Part shown: positions 36,193 to 45,648 of the stretch, one piece after another | Position numbering within the stretch: the first letter of the stretch is position 1 | Layout: every line of letters starts with the position of its first letter | Assembly (NCBI GenBank): GCA_031362565.1 | Contig: JANLSU010000106.1 | Coordinates: 63,031-127,030 of the forward strand | Reading direction: 5' to 3' | DNA from: a bacterium | GTDB lineage: Bacteria > Krumholzibacteriota > Krumholzibacteriia > G020349025 | Length of the DNA: 64,000 nucleotides | Program-made: the position numbers and the translations under genes | The notes under the pieces: generated by a model | What the model was told of the DNA's origin: nothing | The model's database searches: none | The model's input: the letters and a program-made list of their open reading frames with translations, nothing else

Positions 36193-36412
36193 GATCCGGG
36201 CGGTTACTTGAACGCGGCGCCAGCGCGGCGCGGCGCGCATGCAGCGGCAAGCAGGGGACTTCGGGCATGGTTTGACGGCTTCGATCGGCTTCCGGTACTG
36301 TTCGTATTCGGGTTTCAACCGCAGGGTGACGGCGGGCTCGTGCTCGGCGACGTACCGCGGGCTGAAGTTCGACCGCAAGCCACGAGCGTTGAGGGCTCGA
36401 AGGGAGACGGCG

Positions 36413-37576
36413 ATGCTGGCGAAGGCAACGGCACGGCTCGGGACCGAAACCGCATTCGAGGTGCTGGCCAAGGCGCGCGCCCTCGAAGCCGAAGGCCGCG
36501 ACATCGTGCACTTGGAAATCGGTGAGCCGGACTTCGACACGCCGCCGAACATCATCGAGGCGGCGGTCAAGGCGCTGCGCGGTGGATTCACGCACTACGG
36601 GCCGTCGCCGGGACTGCCCGAGGCGCGGGCGGCTTTTGCCGAGGTCGCCGGCGCGGCGCGCGGCATCCGCATTCCGGCCGAAAATGTCATCATTACTCCG
36701 GGTGCGAAGCCGGTGCTGTTCTACGGTATTTTGTCGCTCGTCGATCCCGGCGACGAAGTGATCTATCCCAATCCCGGTTTCCCGATCTACGAATCGGTCA
36801 TCCGCTATGTTGGTGCGACGCCGGTGCCGGTGGCGCTGCGCGAGGACAACGATTTCCGGTTCGATTTGGACGACGTGCGGCGCGCCATTACACCGCGTAC
36901 CAAGATGCTCATCTTCAACACGCCGCACAACCCGACCGGCGGGATCTTGTCGCGCGCCGACATCGAGGCCATCGCGGCGTTGGCACAGAAGCACGATTTC
37001 TGGGTCCTGGCCGACGAGATCTACTCCCGCATTCAGTACGACGGCGAGCACTTCTCCATTCTCTCGGTGCCGGGCATGGCCGAGCGGACGATTCTGCTCG
37101 ACGGACATTCCAAGACGTTCGCGATGACCGGTTGGCGCTTGGGATACGGCATCGCGCCGAAACCGGTCACCGACATGATGGCCAAGTTCGCAACGAACTG
37201 TACGAGTTGCACCGCCAGCTTCGTGCAGATCGCCGGCATCGAAGCTCTGCGTGGGCCGCAAGACTCGGTCGAAGCGATGGTGGCCGAGTTCCGTCAGCGG
37301 CGCGATCTCATCGTCGACGGGCTGAACGCCATTCCGCGCCTCAAATGCCGGCGGCCGAGCGGTGCCTTTTACGCTTTTCCGAACATCACCGAACTGGGAC
37401 GGCCGTCGAAGGAAATCGCCGACCTCTTGTTGCGCGAAGCGGGTGTGGCGGCGCTCTCGGGAACGGCCTTCGGCGAGCATGGCGAAGGGTATTTGCGTTT
37501 CTCATACGCCAACTCGCAGGCCAACATCCGGAAAGCGCTCGAACGGATTCGCACCACGGTCACGGCGCTCGGCTGA
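36413..37576 (+). CDS. Class I/II PLP-dependent aminotransferase (aspartate aminotransferase-like)
   Basis: IGEPDF, GAKP, NTPHNPTG, DEIY, SKTFAMTGWRLG; SD GGGAG. Confidence 0.93.
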   Translation: MLAKATARLGTETAFEVLAKARALEAEGRDIVHLEIGEPDFDTPPNIIEAAVKALRGGFTHYGPSPGLPEARAAFAEVAGAARGIRIPAENVIITPGAKPVLFYGILSLVDPGDEVIYPNPGFPIYESVIRYVGATPVPVALREDNDFRFDLDDVRRAITPRTKMLIFNTPHNPTGGILSRADIEAIAALAQKHDFWVLADEIYSRIQYDGEHFSILSVPGMAERTILLDGHSKTFAMTGWRLGYGIAPKPVTDMMAKFATNCTSCTASFVQIAGIEALRGPQDSVEAMVAEFRQRRDLIVDGLNAIPRLKCRRPSGAFYAFPNITELGRPSKEIADLLLREAGVAALSGTAFGEHGEGYLRFSYANSQANIRKALERIRTTVTALG

Positions 37577-37583
37577 GGCCGAG

Positions 37584-38468
37584 ATGGCCCCACGGCTTTC
37601 GACTCGCGGGGTGGCGAAACACGCGCCGGTGCCGGCGCGGCGCGCTCGCACGCTGGGGCGGGCGCTGGGATTGGGTGCCGACGGTTGCTGGGCCTTCGTG
37701 GGCGCCGGTGGCAAGACGGCGGCGATTCGCCGCCTGCTGCACGAGCGGCCGGGCTCGTTGGCTTCGACCACGACGTCACTCGATCGTTCGGGATTCGATT
37801 GCGGCACGCTCGCGGTCGCGGCCGACGCTGCCGCGCTCGGCCGTCTGGCGGTTCGTCTGGCGCACGTTCGGCCACTGACGCTGGCAATCGACGCGGCGAC
37901 GCATCTCGGCGCCCCGGCAGCCGCCCAACTCGCGGCGTGGATCGCCGCCAACCCGTCGGTCACTCTGGTCGAAGCCGATGATGCCGGGCGCCGGCTCGTG
38001 AAGTTGCCGGTGCCGGGAGCGCCTGCTTGGCCGGTGGCAGGACTGGTGCACACGGTGGTCGTCGTCGGTTGCGATGCGCTCGACCGGCCGTTGGCCGAGG
38101 TCGCGAGCCGGCCACGATCGTGGCACGGCGCGCGGCCGGGAGCGCGAGTCCGCGCCGTGCATCTCGAACAGATGGTGCGTGCCTACGCCGCCGTGTGTCC
38201 GCCGCGTGGCGCACTCGTTCTCTTGCTGACCGGCATCGACGCCGGCCGTCTCGAGCTCGCGACCCGTCTCGGCCGGGCGTTTCGCCGTGCGCTGCGCGCC
38301 CATCATGGGTCGCAGGACGCCAAGCGGCCGTTTCGTCTCGTTGCCGCCCGGCATCTCGGCGCCGGCACGTTTTGGGTGTGGCCGAGCGTCCGGACTCGTG
38401 CCGCGCCTGCATCGCGCCGCCGCCGTTCGACCGGCGCTGCCTTGTCGGTCCGGAGCCCGTTCGGATAA
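37584..38468 (+). CDS. YqeC-like (selenium-dependent Mo-hydroxylase accessory) protein, divergent
   Basis: FVGAGGKT, STTT, TLVEADDAGRRLVKLP, VVGCDALDRPL. Confidence 0.6.
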   Translation: MAPRLSTRGVAKHAPVPARRARTLGRALGLGADGCWAFVGAGGKTAAIRRLLHERPGSLASTTTSLDRSGFDCGTLAVAADAAALGRLAVRLAHVRPLTLAIDAATHLGAPAAAQLAAWIAANPSVTLVEADDAGRRLVKLPVPGAPAWPVAGLVHTVVVVGCDALDRPLAEVASRPRSWHGARPGARVRAVHLEQMVRAYAAVCPPRGALVLLLTGIDAGRLELATRLGRAFRRALRAHHGSQDAKRPFRLVAARHLGAGTFWVWPSVRTRAAPASRRRRSTGAALSVRSPFG

Positions 38469-38487
38469 GGTGCGCCGAGGAGGATCC

Positions 38488-39537
38488 ATGCATCGTCGCC
38501 GTTTTTCACGCCGGCTCGCACGCGGGCTGTGGCTCGGACTCGGGATTGGTCTTGCACTGGTGGCGGCTTGCAGCCGCAAGCCGGCGCCCGAGGCGCCGCA
38601 CGGGCTGCGCGTCGGTCTGGTGTTCGACATCGGCGGACGCGGCGACAAGTCGTTCAACGATTCCGCCTACCGCGGGCTCGAACGGGCCCGCGCCGAACTC
38701 GGCGTGCCGTACGAGTATCACGAACCCTCCGAAGGCGCCGATCGCGAAACCGGCCTGCGCGAATATGCCAGCCGCGGCTACGACTTGGTGATCGGGGTCG
38801 GGTTCATGTTCAGCGACGACATCGAGAAGATGGCGCGCGAGTTTCCGAACGTCAAGTTCGCGTGTGTCGACTACACGTTGAAGACGGGCGCCGATGGCGC
38901 CGCCCAGGCGCTGCCGCCGAACCTCGTGGGACTCAAATTCCGTGAGGAAGAGGGCAGTTTCTTGGCGGGCGCCGCCGCGGCGCTGGTTTCGACCACCGGC
39001 ACCGTCGGTTTCGTGGGTGGCATGGACATTCCGCTCATCCACAAATTCGAGGCGGGGTACATTGCCGGCGCCAAACACGTGCGACCGGCGTTACAAGTCC
39101 TGTCGGCGTACGCCGGAGTCAACGCCGGCGCATTCAAGGATCCCGCCAAAGGCAAGGAACTCGCGACGACGATGTTCGGCAACCACGCCGACGTCATCTT
39201 CCACGCTTCCGGCACCACCGGCCTCGGGGTGTTCGAAGCGGCGCGCGAACAGCACAAGCTGGCGATCGGCGTCGACTCCGATCAGTACGACGAAGCGCCC
39301 GGGCACATCCTGACGAGCATGGTGAAGGATGTGGACGTGGCGGTGTTCGGGGTGATCCGCGACGCCAAGGACGGGAATCTGCAGGGCGGGGTCCGTGAGC
39401 TCGGGCTCAAGGAAGACGGGGTGCGCATCGTGCGCGATGATCGCAATCGCGGCGTGTTTCCGGATGCGGTGTACGCGCGCGTCGAAGCCCTCCGGGACTC
39501 GGTCATCCAGGGATGGATCACCGTTCCGCGCCAGTGA
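38488..39537 (+). CDS. BMP family (nucleoside) ABC transporter substrate-binding lipoprotein
   Basis: Lipobox VAA-C; GGRGDKSFNDSA, GFVGGM, AIGVDSDQ, LTSMVK. Confidence 0.95.
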   Translation: MHRRRFSRRLARGLWLGLGIGLALVAACSRKPAPEAPHGLRVGLVFDIGGRGDKSFNDSAYRGLERARAELGVPYEYHEPSEGADRETGLREYASRGYDLVIGVGFMFSDDIEKMAREFPNVKFACVDYTLKTGADGAAQALPPNLVGLKFREEEGSFLAGAAAALVSTTGTVGFVGGMDIPLIHKFEAGYIAGAKHVRPALQVLSAYAGVNAGAFKDPAKGKELATTMFGNHADVIFHASGTTGLGVFEAAREQHKLAIGVDSDQYDEAPGHILTSMVKDVDVAVFGVIRDAKDGNLQGGVRELGLKEDGVRIVRDDRNRGVFPDAVYARVEALRDSVIQGWITVPRQ

Positions 39538-41045
39538 CGGCGCCGGCACTCGAACTCGCCGGCATCACCAAACGTTATCCCGGCGTGCTCGCTTGTGACG
39601 CGGTGGATTTTCGCGTCGAACCCGGCTCGGTGCACGCGCTCGTCGGCGAAAATGGTGCCGGCAAGTCGACCCTCATGTCAATCGCCTGCGGACTCGTGGC
39701 GCCGGACGCCGGCACCGTGCACATCGGCGGCGAACTGCTCGGCCGACGCGGCCCGGCCAGAGCGCGGGCGCTCGGCCTCGGTATGGTGCACCAGCACTTC
39801 CTGCTCGTGCCGACGCTGTCGGTCGCCGACAATGTCGTTCTCGGGCGCGAACCAGGACGCCTGGGCGCCTACGACCGCGCCGCCGCCGAGGCCCGCGTTC
39901 GCGCCACCGCGCTGCGCTACGGCTTCGATCTCGATCCGCGGGCGCGGGTCGGCGATCTTTCGGTGGGCGAGCAACAGCGAGTCGAAATCGTCCGGGTGCT
40001 CGACACGGGGGCGCGAGTCGTCATTCTCGACGAGCCGACGGCGGTGCTCGTGCCGCAAGAAACCGCCGAACTGGTGCGCATCCTGCGCGACTTGGCGGCC
40101 GCCGGCCACGCCATCGTTTTTATTTCGCATCGCCTCCCCGAGGTGCGCGCGATCGCCGACACGATCACCGTGTTGCGTGGTGGAAGGGTCGTCGAAACGC
40201 TCGCGGCCCGTGCTGCCTCCGAGGCCAATCTGGCGCGCGCCATTGTCGGCCGGGCGCTGGCGGCGCCGGTCGTGGCGCGGGCGCGCTCGGTCGCCGGCGC
40301 GGTGCTCGAACTCACCGATGTCCGCACCGCCGGCACGCGCGGCGCGCTGCAGGGTGTGTCGCTGACGGTGCGCGCCGGCGAGATCGTCGGTGTCGCCGGC
40401 GTGGAAGGCAACGGCCAGCAGGCGTTACTGCGTTCGGTCTTGGGGCTCGAAACACCGCGCTCCGGATCCATCCGGTTCGCGGCCCACGACGTGACGCACA
40501 CCGGCGTTGCCGAGCGGCGCCGGCGCGGGATGGCATACGTGTCCGACGACCGGTTGGGTGAGGGCCTCGTTCCCGAGATGACGCTCGCCGAGAATCTCTT
40601 GCTGTCGACCCCGCAGTCCGACGCACTGGGCTGGCGGGGTTTCCTGCGTCCGGCGGCCTGGCGAGCGCGGGCCGCGGCGATTCTCGACGCCGCCGCAGTG
40701 CGGCCGGCGCGCGCTGATCGCGACGCGCGGACCCTGTCGGGCGGCAACCAACAGAAAGTCGTTCTTGGGCGCGAGTTGGCGGGTGCGCCCCGACTGTTGG
40801 TTCTCGGACAGCCGACGCGCGGCGTCGATGTGGGTGGCATCGAGTTTCTGCATGCGCAGATTCTGAGCGCCCGCGATGCGGGTGCGGCGGTACTGCTTGT
40901 CTCCGCCGATCTGGCCGAGATTCGCGCTCTCGCCGACCGGGTCGTGGTGCTCTATGGCGGCCAACTGCGCGGTCCGCTCGACATCGACGCCGCAACGCCC
41001 GAGCGGCTCGGCCGGCTCATGCTGGGCGCGGAGGATGTCGCGTGA
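39534..41045 (+). CDS. Nucleoside/sugar ABC transporter ATP-binding protein (tandem NBD)
   Basis: GENGAGKST, MVHQHF, LDEPTAVL, LSGGNQQK, QPTRGVD. Confidence 0.95.
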   Translation: MTAPALELAGITKRYPGVLACDAVDFRVEPGSVHALVGENGAGKSTLMSIACGLVAPDAGTVHIGGELLGRRGPARARALGLGMVHQHFLLVPTLSVADNVVLGREPGRLGAYDRAAAEARVRATALRYGFDLDPRARVGDLSVGEQQRVEIVRVLDTGARVVILDEPTAVLVPQETAELVRILRDLAAAGHAIVFISHRLPEVRAIADTITVLRGGRVVETLAARAASEANLARAIVGRALAAPVVARARSVAGAVLELTDVRTAGTRGALQGVSLTVRAGEIVGVAGVEGNGQQALLRSVLGLETPRSGSIRFAAHDVTHTGVAERRRRGMAYVSDDRLGEGLVPEMTLAENLLLSTPQSDALGWRGFLRPAAWRARAAAILDAAAVRPARADRDARTLSGGNQQKVVLGRELAGAPRLLVLGQPTRGVDVGGIEFLHAQILSARDAGAAVLLVSADLAEIRALADRVVVLYGGQLRGPLDIDAATPERLGRLMLGAEDVA

Positions 41046-42106
41046 ACCGCCGTGCCGCATGGGTCGCGGCAATCGTTGCGCCGGCGCTCGCCGTCCTTGC
41101 GGCGCTCGCAACCGGCGCGTTGCTGGCCGCCGCACTCGGCAGAAATCCATTCGAGATCTACGCGCTCCTGGGGCGCGAGACCTTCGGTAGTTGGTACGGG
41201 CTCGGGCAAGTGTTGTTCAAGGCGACGACGCTGGCGGCAACCGGCCTTGCGGCGGCGATGGCGTTTCGGGCCGGACTCTTCAATGTCGGCGCCGAGGGCC
41301 AACTCTACTTGGGCGGCTTGGCCGCCGCCGTTGCGGCACTCACTCTGCCGCCGGCGTGTCCGGCGGTCCTGGCGATCCCGGTCACGCTGGTCGCGGCCGC
41401 TGCCGCGGGCGCCGCGTGGGCCGGTGTCGCGGGCGTGTTGCGCGCCCGGCTCGGCGTGCATGAAGTCATCGCGACGATTCTCCTCAACTTCATCGCCATG
41501 GCGCTCGGCAGTTGGATTCTGGTGACGCACTTCGCGCAGTTCGAAACCCTGCACACCGCCGAGATTCCCGCCGCCGCGCGTTGGGCGCGGCTCGAATCGG
41601 TGTGGCCGGCTTTTCGCGGCGCGCCGCTGAACGGCGCCGCATGGCTCGTGCTGGTGCTGTCGGGCGCCTGCGTCGTGCTCTTGTGGCATACGCGCTGGGG
41701 TTTCGAAGTCCGCGCCGTCGGCGCTTCGGAAAAGGCGGCGCGCGCCGCCGGAATCCCGGTGCGCCGCCGACTCTTCGAAGCCATGGCGGTGTCGGGCGCG
41801 CTCGCCGGATTGGCGGCGAGCAATTTCGTGCAAGGCTACAAGTACTACTTCGAAGATGGATTCACCGCCGAGGCCGGATTCCGTGGTTTGGCAGTTGCGC
41901 TGTTGGCGCGCAGCCATCCGCTCGGCATCGTGCCGGCCGCGATTCTGTTCGGGGCACTCGATCGCGGCGGCTTCGTGCTGAGCCAAAAGGTGCCGAAGGA
42001 GTTTGCCGACATCCTGCAAGCGCTCGTCTTGTTGTTCGTCGTCGTGTTGCAGCCCGGATTGCGCCGGTTCATGGAACGGCGCCAATCCCTCGAAGGGCGG
42101 GAGTGA
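41042..42106 (+). CDS. Nucleoside ABC transporter permease 1
   Basis: GLFNVGAEGQ, EVIATILLN, GFEVRAVG; multiple TMs. Confidence 0.92.
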   Translation: MNRRAAWVAAIVAPALAVLAALATGALLAAALGRNPFEIYALLGRETFGSWYGLGQVLFKATTLAATGLAAAMAFRAGLFNVGAEGQLYLGGLAAAVAALTLPPACPAVLAIPVTLVAAAAAGAAWAGVAGVLRARLGVHEVIATILLNFIAMALGSWILVTHFAQFETLHTAEIPAAARWARLESVWPAFRGAPLNGAAWLVLVLSGACVVLLWHTRWGFEVRAVGASEKAARAAGIPVRRRLFEAMAVSGALAGLAASNFVQGYKYYFEDGFTAEAGFRGLAVALLARSHPLGIVPAAILFGALDRGGFVLSQKVPKEFADILQALVLLFVVVLQPGLRRFMERRQSLEGRE

Positions 42107-42107
42107 C

Positions 42108-43034
42108 GTGGATCTGATCGCGCCGCTCATCGTCGCGACGTTGCGGATCTCGGCGCCGTACCTTTGGGCGTCGCTCGGCGGTTGGTACAGCGAGCGCTCG
42201 GGCATCGTCAATCTGGCCCTCGAAGGCATGTTGCTGCACGGGGCGCTGGCCTGCGTGCTGGCGGCACACGCTTGCGAACAGGCCGGCGCCTCGGGTGCGG
42301 TGGCCGCTTGGGCGGGGATCGCGGCGGCGATTCTGGCCGGGGCGCTGACCGGCGCATTGCACGCCGCTGCCTGTGTCGCCGCGAAGGGGGATCAGATCAC
42401 GAGTGGCATCGCCATCAACCTGCTCGCCGCCGGCGTCACCAAACTGGTACTCACGCTGGTGTTCGGCAGCGCTTCCAACTCGGCACGAATCGCCGGCCTC
42501 GAGCCCTGGGCCATTCCCGGCCTGGCGCATTGGGGCGTGACGCGGGTGCTGTTCTGCACCCCGCTCGTGCTGTTTGCGGCCGTGGCAGTCGCCGGCTCGG
42601 AGTTCGTGGCGCGCCGGACGCGCTTCGGCCTGCGCTTGCATGCCGCCGGCGAGATGCCGCGTGCGGTTCAGGCGGCCGGCGTTTCGGTTGCGGGACTGCG
42701 TTGGCGTGCGGTGCTCTTGGGCGGGGCACTGGCCGGCGTCGGCGGCGCGTGGCTCGCACTCGACCAACATCAGTTCACGGCGGGGATTTCGAACGGCCGG
42801 GGTTTCATCGCGCTCGCGGCGCTGATTTTCGGCAAGTGGACGCCGCGCGGCGCCGCGGCGGCGTGCTTGCTTTTCGGCGCCGCCGAGGCCATGCAGATTC
42901 AACTGCAAGCGCACGGCACCGGGATCCCAACGCAGTTCGTGCAGATGCTGCCCTACGTCGTGACCCTCGTGGCGCTGGCGGGCGCGATCGGCCGCGCCCA
43001 CCCGCCGGCCGCACTCGGCCGCGCCGACGAGTGA
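42108..43034 (+). CDS. Nucleoside ABC transporter permease 2
   Basis: SERSGIVNLALEG, GRGFIALAALIFGKW, LPYVVT. Confidence 0.92.
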   Translation: MDLIAPLIVATLRISAPYLWASLGGWYSERSGIVNLALEGMLLHGALACVLAAHACEQAGASGAVAAWAGIAAAILAGALTGALHAAACVAAKGDQITSGIAINLLAAGVTKLVLTLVFGSASNSARIAGLEPWAIPGLAHWGVTRVLFCTPLVLFAAVAVAGSEFVARRTRFGLRLHAAGEMPRAVQAAGVSVAGLRWRAVLLGGALAGVGGAWLALDQHQFTAGISNGRGFIALAALIFGKWTPRGAAAACLLFGAAEAMQIQLQAHGTGIPTQFVQMLPYVVTLVALAGAIGRAHPPAALGRADE

Positions 43035-43036
43035 CC

Positions 43037-43065
43037 TTGCACGCGCAGCGCCCAGCCCCTAGACT
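43037..43065 (+). promoter_or_regulatory. Candidate sigma70 promoter TTGCAC-17-TAGACT
   Basis: Canonical spacing; 10 nt upstream of ATG 43076. Confidence 0.4.
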
Positions 43066-43075
43066 GGCGCTCCTG

Positions 43076-44611
43076 ATGCGTGACTTCCACCGCAAATATC
43101 ACTTCGGTCTCGCGGCGCTGGTGCTGTGGCTCGTGCCGCTTGTCGTTGCGGCGTTGCCGCCGCGGCACGGCGAGATCACGCTTCTCGAAATGACCGACTT
43201 TCATGGCGCGTTGGTGGGCGGTGGCAAGGACCGTGTCACGTCCCGGCCGTGGGGCGGGGCGGTGGCGCTTTCGCAACGCGTCCGCGCCGAACGCGACCGG
43301 CGGCCCGACCGCACGTTTCTGTTGGACGGCGGCGACGAGATGCAGGGCACGCCGGAATCCAATTTCGTGTACGGGCGCTCGTCGGTGGCGATCTTGAACG
43401 CGCTCGGCGTCGACGCGGCCGCACTCGGCAATCATGAATTCGACTGGGGCATCGATTCGCTCCGCGCCCGCCGCCGCGAGATGCAGTATCCGACGCTGGC
43501 GGCGAACGTCTTCGAACGTGCCACCGGCAAGCGTCCGGACTGGGTGCGCCCCTGGACTGTGGTGACGCGCGACGGCGTGCGTCTTGGCGTCATCGGTTTC
43601 GCGACCCCCGATACGCCGCGCGTGACTTTGCCCACCAACGTCGCGGCGTTGCGTTTCGAGGCGCCCGAACCGCTCGTCGCAGGCCTGGTGCGCGAAGTGC
43701 GGCAGCACGGTGCCGATCTCGTCGTCATTCTGTGCCACATGGGCGGCGAGCAAGCGGCCGATGGCGCCATCACGGGCGATGTCGAGCGCCTGGCCCGGGC
43801 CGCGAAGGGCGTCGATGCCATTCTCGGCGGCCACACGCACACGTTCGTGGCCGGACGCGCGCACGGCGTGCCGATCGTCATCGCCGGTTCGAGCGCTCGC
43901 GCCCTGGGCCGCATCGTCTTCGATTGGGATGGCCGCCACGCGCGCTGTACGTCGGTGGATCTGCTGCGCGCCTTTTCGGATTCGATGACGGTGGCGCCCT
44001 GGGACCCGATCTCGGCACTCGTCGATTCGATGCGGGCGATCGCCGCACCCTACACGCGCCGCGTGCTGGGGCAAGCCACCGGGCCGCTCAATCGCGCCGC
44101 ACTCGCCAATCTCGTCACCGACGCGATGCGCGAGGCGACGCACGCCGAGGTTGCGATCACCAATCCGGGCGGGTTGCGGCGCAACCTCGAAGCCGGACCC
44201 GTGACGGCGGGTGACATCTTCGAACTCTTGCCCTTCGAGAACTCGCTCGTCGTCGTCGAGCTTACCGGGGCGCAGTTGCGGGCGGTGATTGCCTCGCGAC
44301 CCGAAAAAAGCCGGGTTTCCGGGGTGCAGGGCCGTTGGGATCCGAGCCAAGCTCCGGAGGCGCGGCTCGAACTGCAGGAGGCAGGCGGCGCACCCTTGCG
44401 GCTCGATCATACGTATCGTGTCGTCACGACGAATTTCTTGGCGAGCGGTGGGGACGGCTTCAAGGGATTCGATGCCGGCACGCAGACCGACCAACCGCTC
44501 TTGCTGCGCGACGTCGTCGGCCAAGCGATCGAACGACGTACCGCCGCCGGCCAGCGCCTCGATCCCGATCCGACGGCGCGGCTCCAGCTCCCCGAAACGC
44601 GCGACGAGTAA
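43076..44611 (+). CDS. Bifunctional metallophosphatase/5'-nucleotidase (UshA-like), secreted
   Basis: TDFHG, LDGGDEMQG, LGNHEFD, GGHTH, NPGGLR, LPFEN; GTG 43031 is an alternative start. Confidence 0.92.
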   Translation: MRDFHRKYHFGLAALVLWLVPLVVAALPPRHGEITLLEMTDFHGALVGGGKDRVTSRPWGGAVALSQRVRAERDRRPDRTFLLDGGDEMQGTPESNFVYGRSSVAILNALGVDAAALGNHEFDWGIDSLRARRREMQYPTLAANVFERATGKRPDWVRPWTVVTRDGVRLGVIGFATPDTPRVTLPTNVAALRFEAPEPLVAGLVREVRQHGADLVVILCHMGGEQAADGAITGDVERLARAAKGVDAILGGHTHTFVAGRAHGVPIVIAGSSARALGRIVFDWDGRHARCTSVDLLRAFSDSMTVAPWDPISALVDSMRAIAAPYTRRVLGQATGPLNRAALANLVTDAMREATHAEVAITNPGGLRRNLEAGPVTAGDIFELLPFENSLVVVELTGAQLRAVIASRPEKSRVSGVQGRWDPSQAPEARLELQEAGGAPLRLDHTYRVVTTNFLASGGDGFKGFDAGTQTDQPLLLRDVVGQAIERRTAAGQRLDPDPTARLQLPETRDE

Positions 44612-44636
44612 GATCAGAAATGTGGGGGGGGAATAG

Positions 44637-44677
44637 AAAAAGGCGGAGACTCAAAAGGGGGGAATGAGCCTCCGCCT
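44637..44677 (-). terminator. Rho-independent terminator
   Basis: Minus strand AGGCGGAGGCTCA-TTCCCCCCTTT-TGAGTCTCCGCCT-TTTT: 13-bp stem (one G-U) followed by a U tract. Confidence 0.8.
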
Positions 44678-44729
44678 GTTCGTCGTCTGAGTGATCCTTT
44701 GCCTCTCTCCAGGTTCCGAATCGCTCGAA
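44637..44729 (-). ncRNA. Candidate sigma54-dependent small RNA (~95 nt) with C-rich terminator loop
   Basis: Lies between a -24/-12 promoter (44739-44756) and an intrinsic terminator; no credible ORF. Confidence 0.6.
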
Positions 44730-44738
44730 GACTTCCTA

Positions 44739-44756
44739 TTGCACGCGTGATGCCAG
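44739..44756 (-). promoter_or_regulatory. sigma54 -24/-12 promoter
   Basis: Minus strand CTGGCATCACGCGTGCAA, exact GG-N10-GC spacing. Confidence 0.65.
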
Positions 44757-44795
44757 CCCGCCGGAGGCCCCGCGTCGCGCTGCGACCACAGTTTC

Positions 44796-44813
44796 TAACT
44801 ATTTGTAAAACAA
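44796..44813. promoter_or_regulatory. IHF-like AT-rich site
   Basis: TAACTATTTGTAAAACAA resembles YAA-N4-TTGATW; rare AT island ~45 nt upstream of the sigma54 promoter. Confidence 0.45.
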
Positions 44814-45021
44814 CGGGTTCTGTACCTGCTTCGGGGCGATACCGGGAGCGGTCTCGCGCCTCGATCGAGTCTCGCTCTGTCTCCCTTGGAGGACGCTCTG
44901 TCCGATGCGGTGGCCGCCGATCGCGAGCCCGTACCGGCGGTGCGATTCGGCGCCGGCGTTTTTCTCCTTGCGCCGTGCCGCTCGAAAAGGCCATGGATGG
45001 ATCGCAGTGGGAGGCAATGAA

Positions 45022-45648
45022 GTGGATCCCGATCTGGCGCGGTTTCTAAATTGGGTGCGGCCACGAACTCGGCGCGGGCACGCGGCGTTTTTCGAAGCCA
45101 TGGTCGTCGAACTGGCGGATCACTTGCGGCGCCGCGGCCGCCGGGCGCGAACCTTGGGCGCGGCGGACCTGCGCGGGTTTCTGGCCGGCTGGGCGTTGCG
45201 CAACGAACCGCGCATGCGCGGCGCGGAACTGCGCGCCTTTGGCGCCGCGTTGTGTGTTTTCGCCGCCTGGCATGCAACCGGTCTCGCGGCCGGCCGCGGC
45301 CGGCGCTTGCGCGCTGATGTGCGGCGTGGGGTGCGCGATACGCAGCAGGCATTTCGCGCCGGCGCGCTGCTCGATGCGTGCATCACCACCGGACCACAGA
45401 ACGGCACGCGCGATGGCTTTTGGCAGGTGGCGCTCGCCGGCACGGCGCATGTCGTGCTGCGCGATCTGCAGGGCGGGGCTTGCGTCGGCCCGGTGCCATT
45501 GCCGGCGGGTGTCGTTGCCGCGTTGCCGGCGGGTGCGGTCTTGAATCTGCGCCTTGCTTCGGACGCCGCCGGCTGGTCGGTGGTCGAACACGGGGCATGT
45601 TATCCGGCGCTCGTGGCGTCCGAATTGCGCGCCGGTGCGTGGTCCTGA
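45022..45648 (+). CDS. Hypothetical protein (helical N-domain plus beta-rich C-domain)
   Basis: GGGAGG SD before GTG; stop overlaps the next ATG. Confidence 0.6.
   Translation: MDPDLARFLNWVRPRTRRGHAAFFEAMVVELADHLRRRGRRARTLGAADLRGFLAGWALRNEPRMRGAELRAFGAALCVFAAWHATGLAAGRGRRLRADVRRGVRDTQQAFRAGALLDACITTGPQNGTRDGFWQVALAGTAHVVLRDLQGGACVGPVPLPAGVVAALPAGAVLNLRLASDAAGWSVVEHGACYPALVASELRAGAWS

Noticed and set aside
37584..38468. Selenocysteine read-through near the YqeC-like gene
   Set aside because: Neighbouring proteins are full length at their stops; no in-frame TGA with continuing homology seen
42164..43075. Long N-terminal extension of the 5'-nucleotidase (815-aa ORF)
   Set aside because: It overlaps permease 2 in another frame; the signal peptide starts at about 43076
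44614..45049. Short ORFs (44614-44994 minus, 44699-45049 plus) across the sRNA region
   Set aside because: No SD or recognisable content, and they run through the promoter, IHF-like and terminator signals
45022..45648. Phage integrase or genomic island boundary
   Set aside because: Too short, no R-H-R-Y catalytic motifs, no tRNA/att site, and the flanks are ordinary genes
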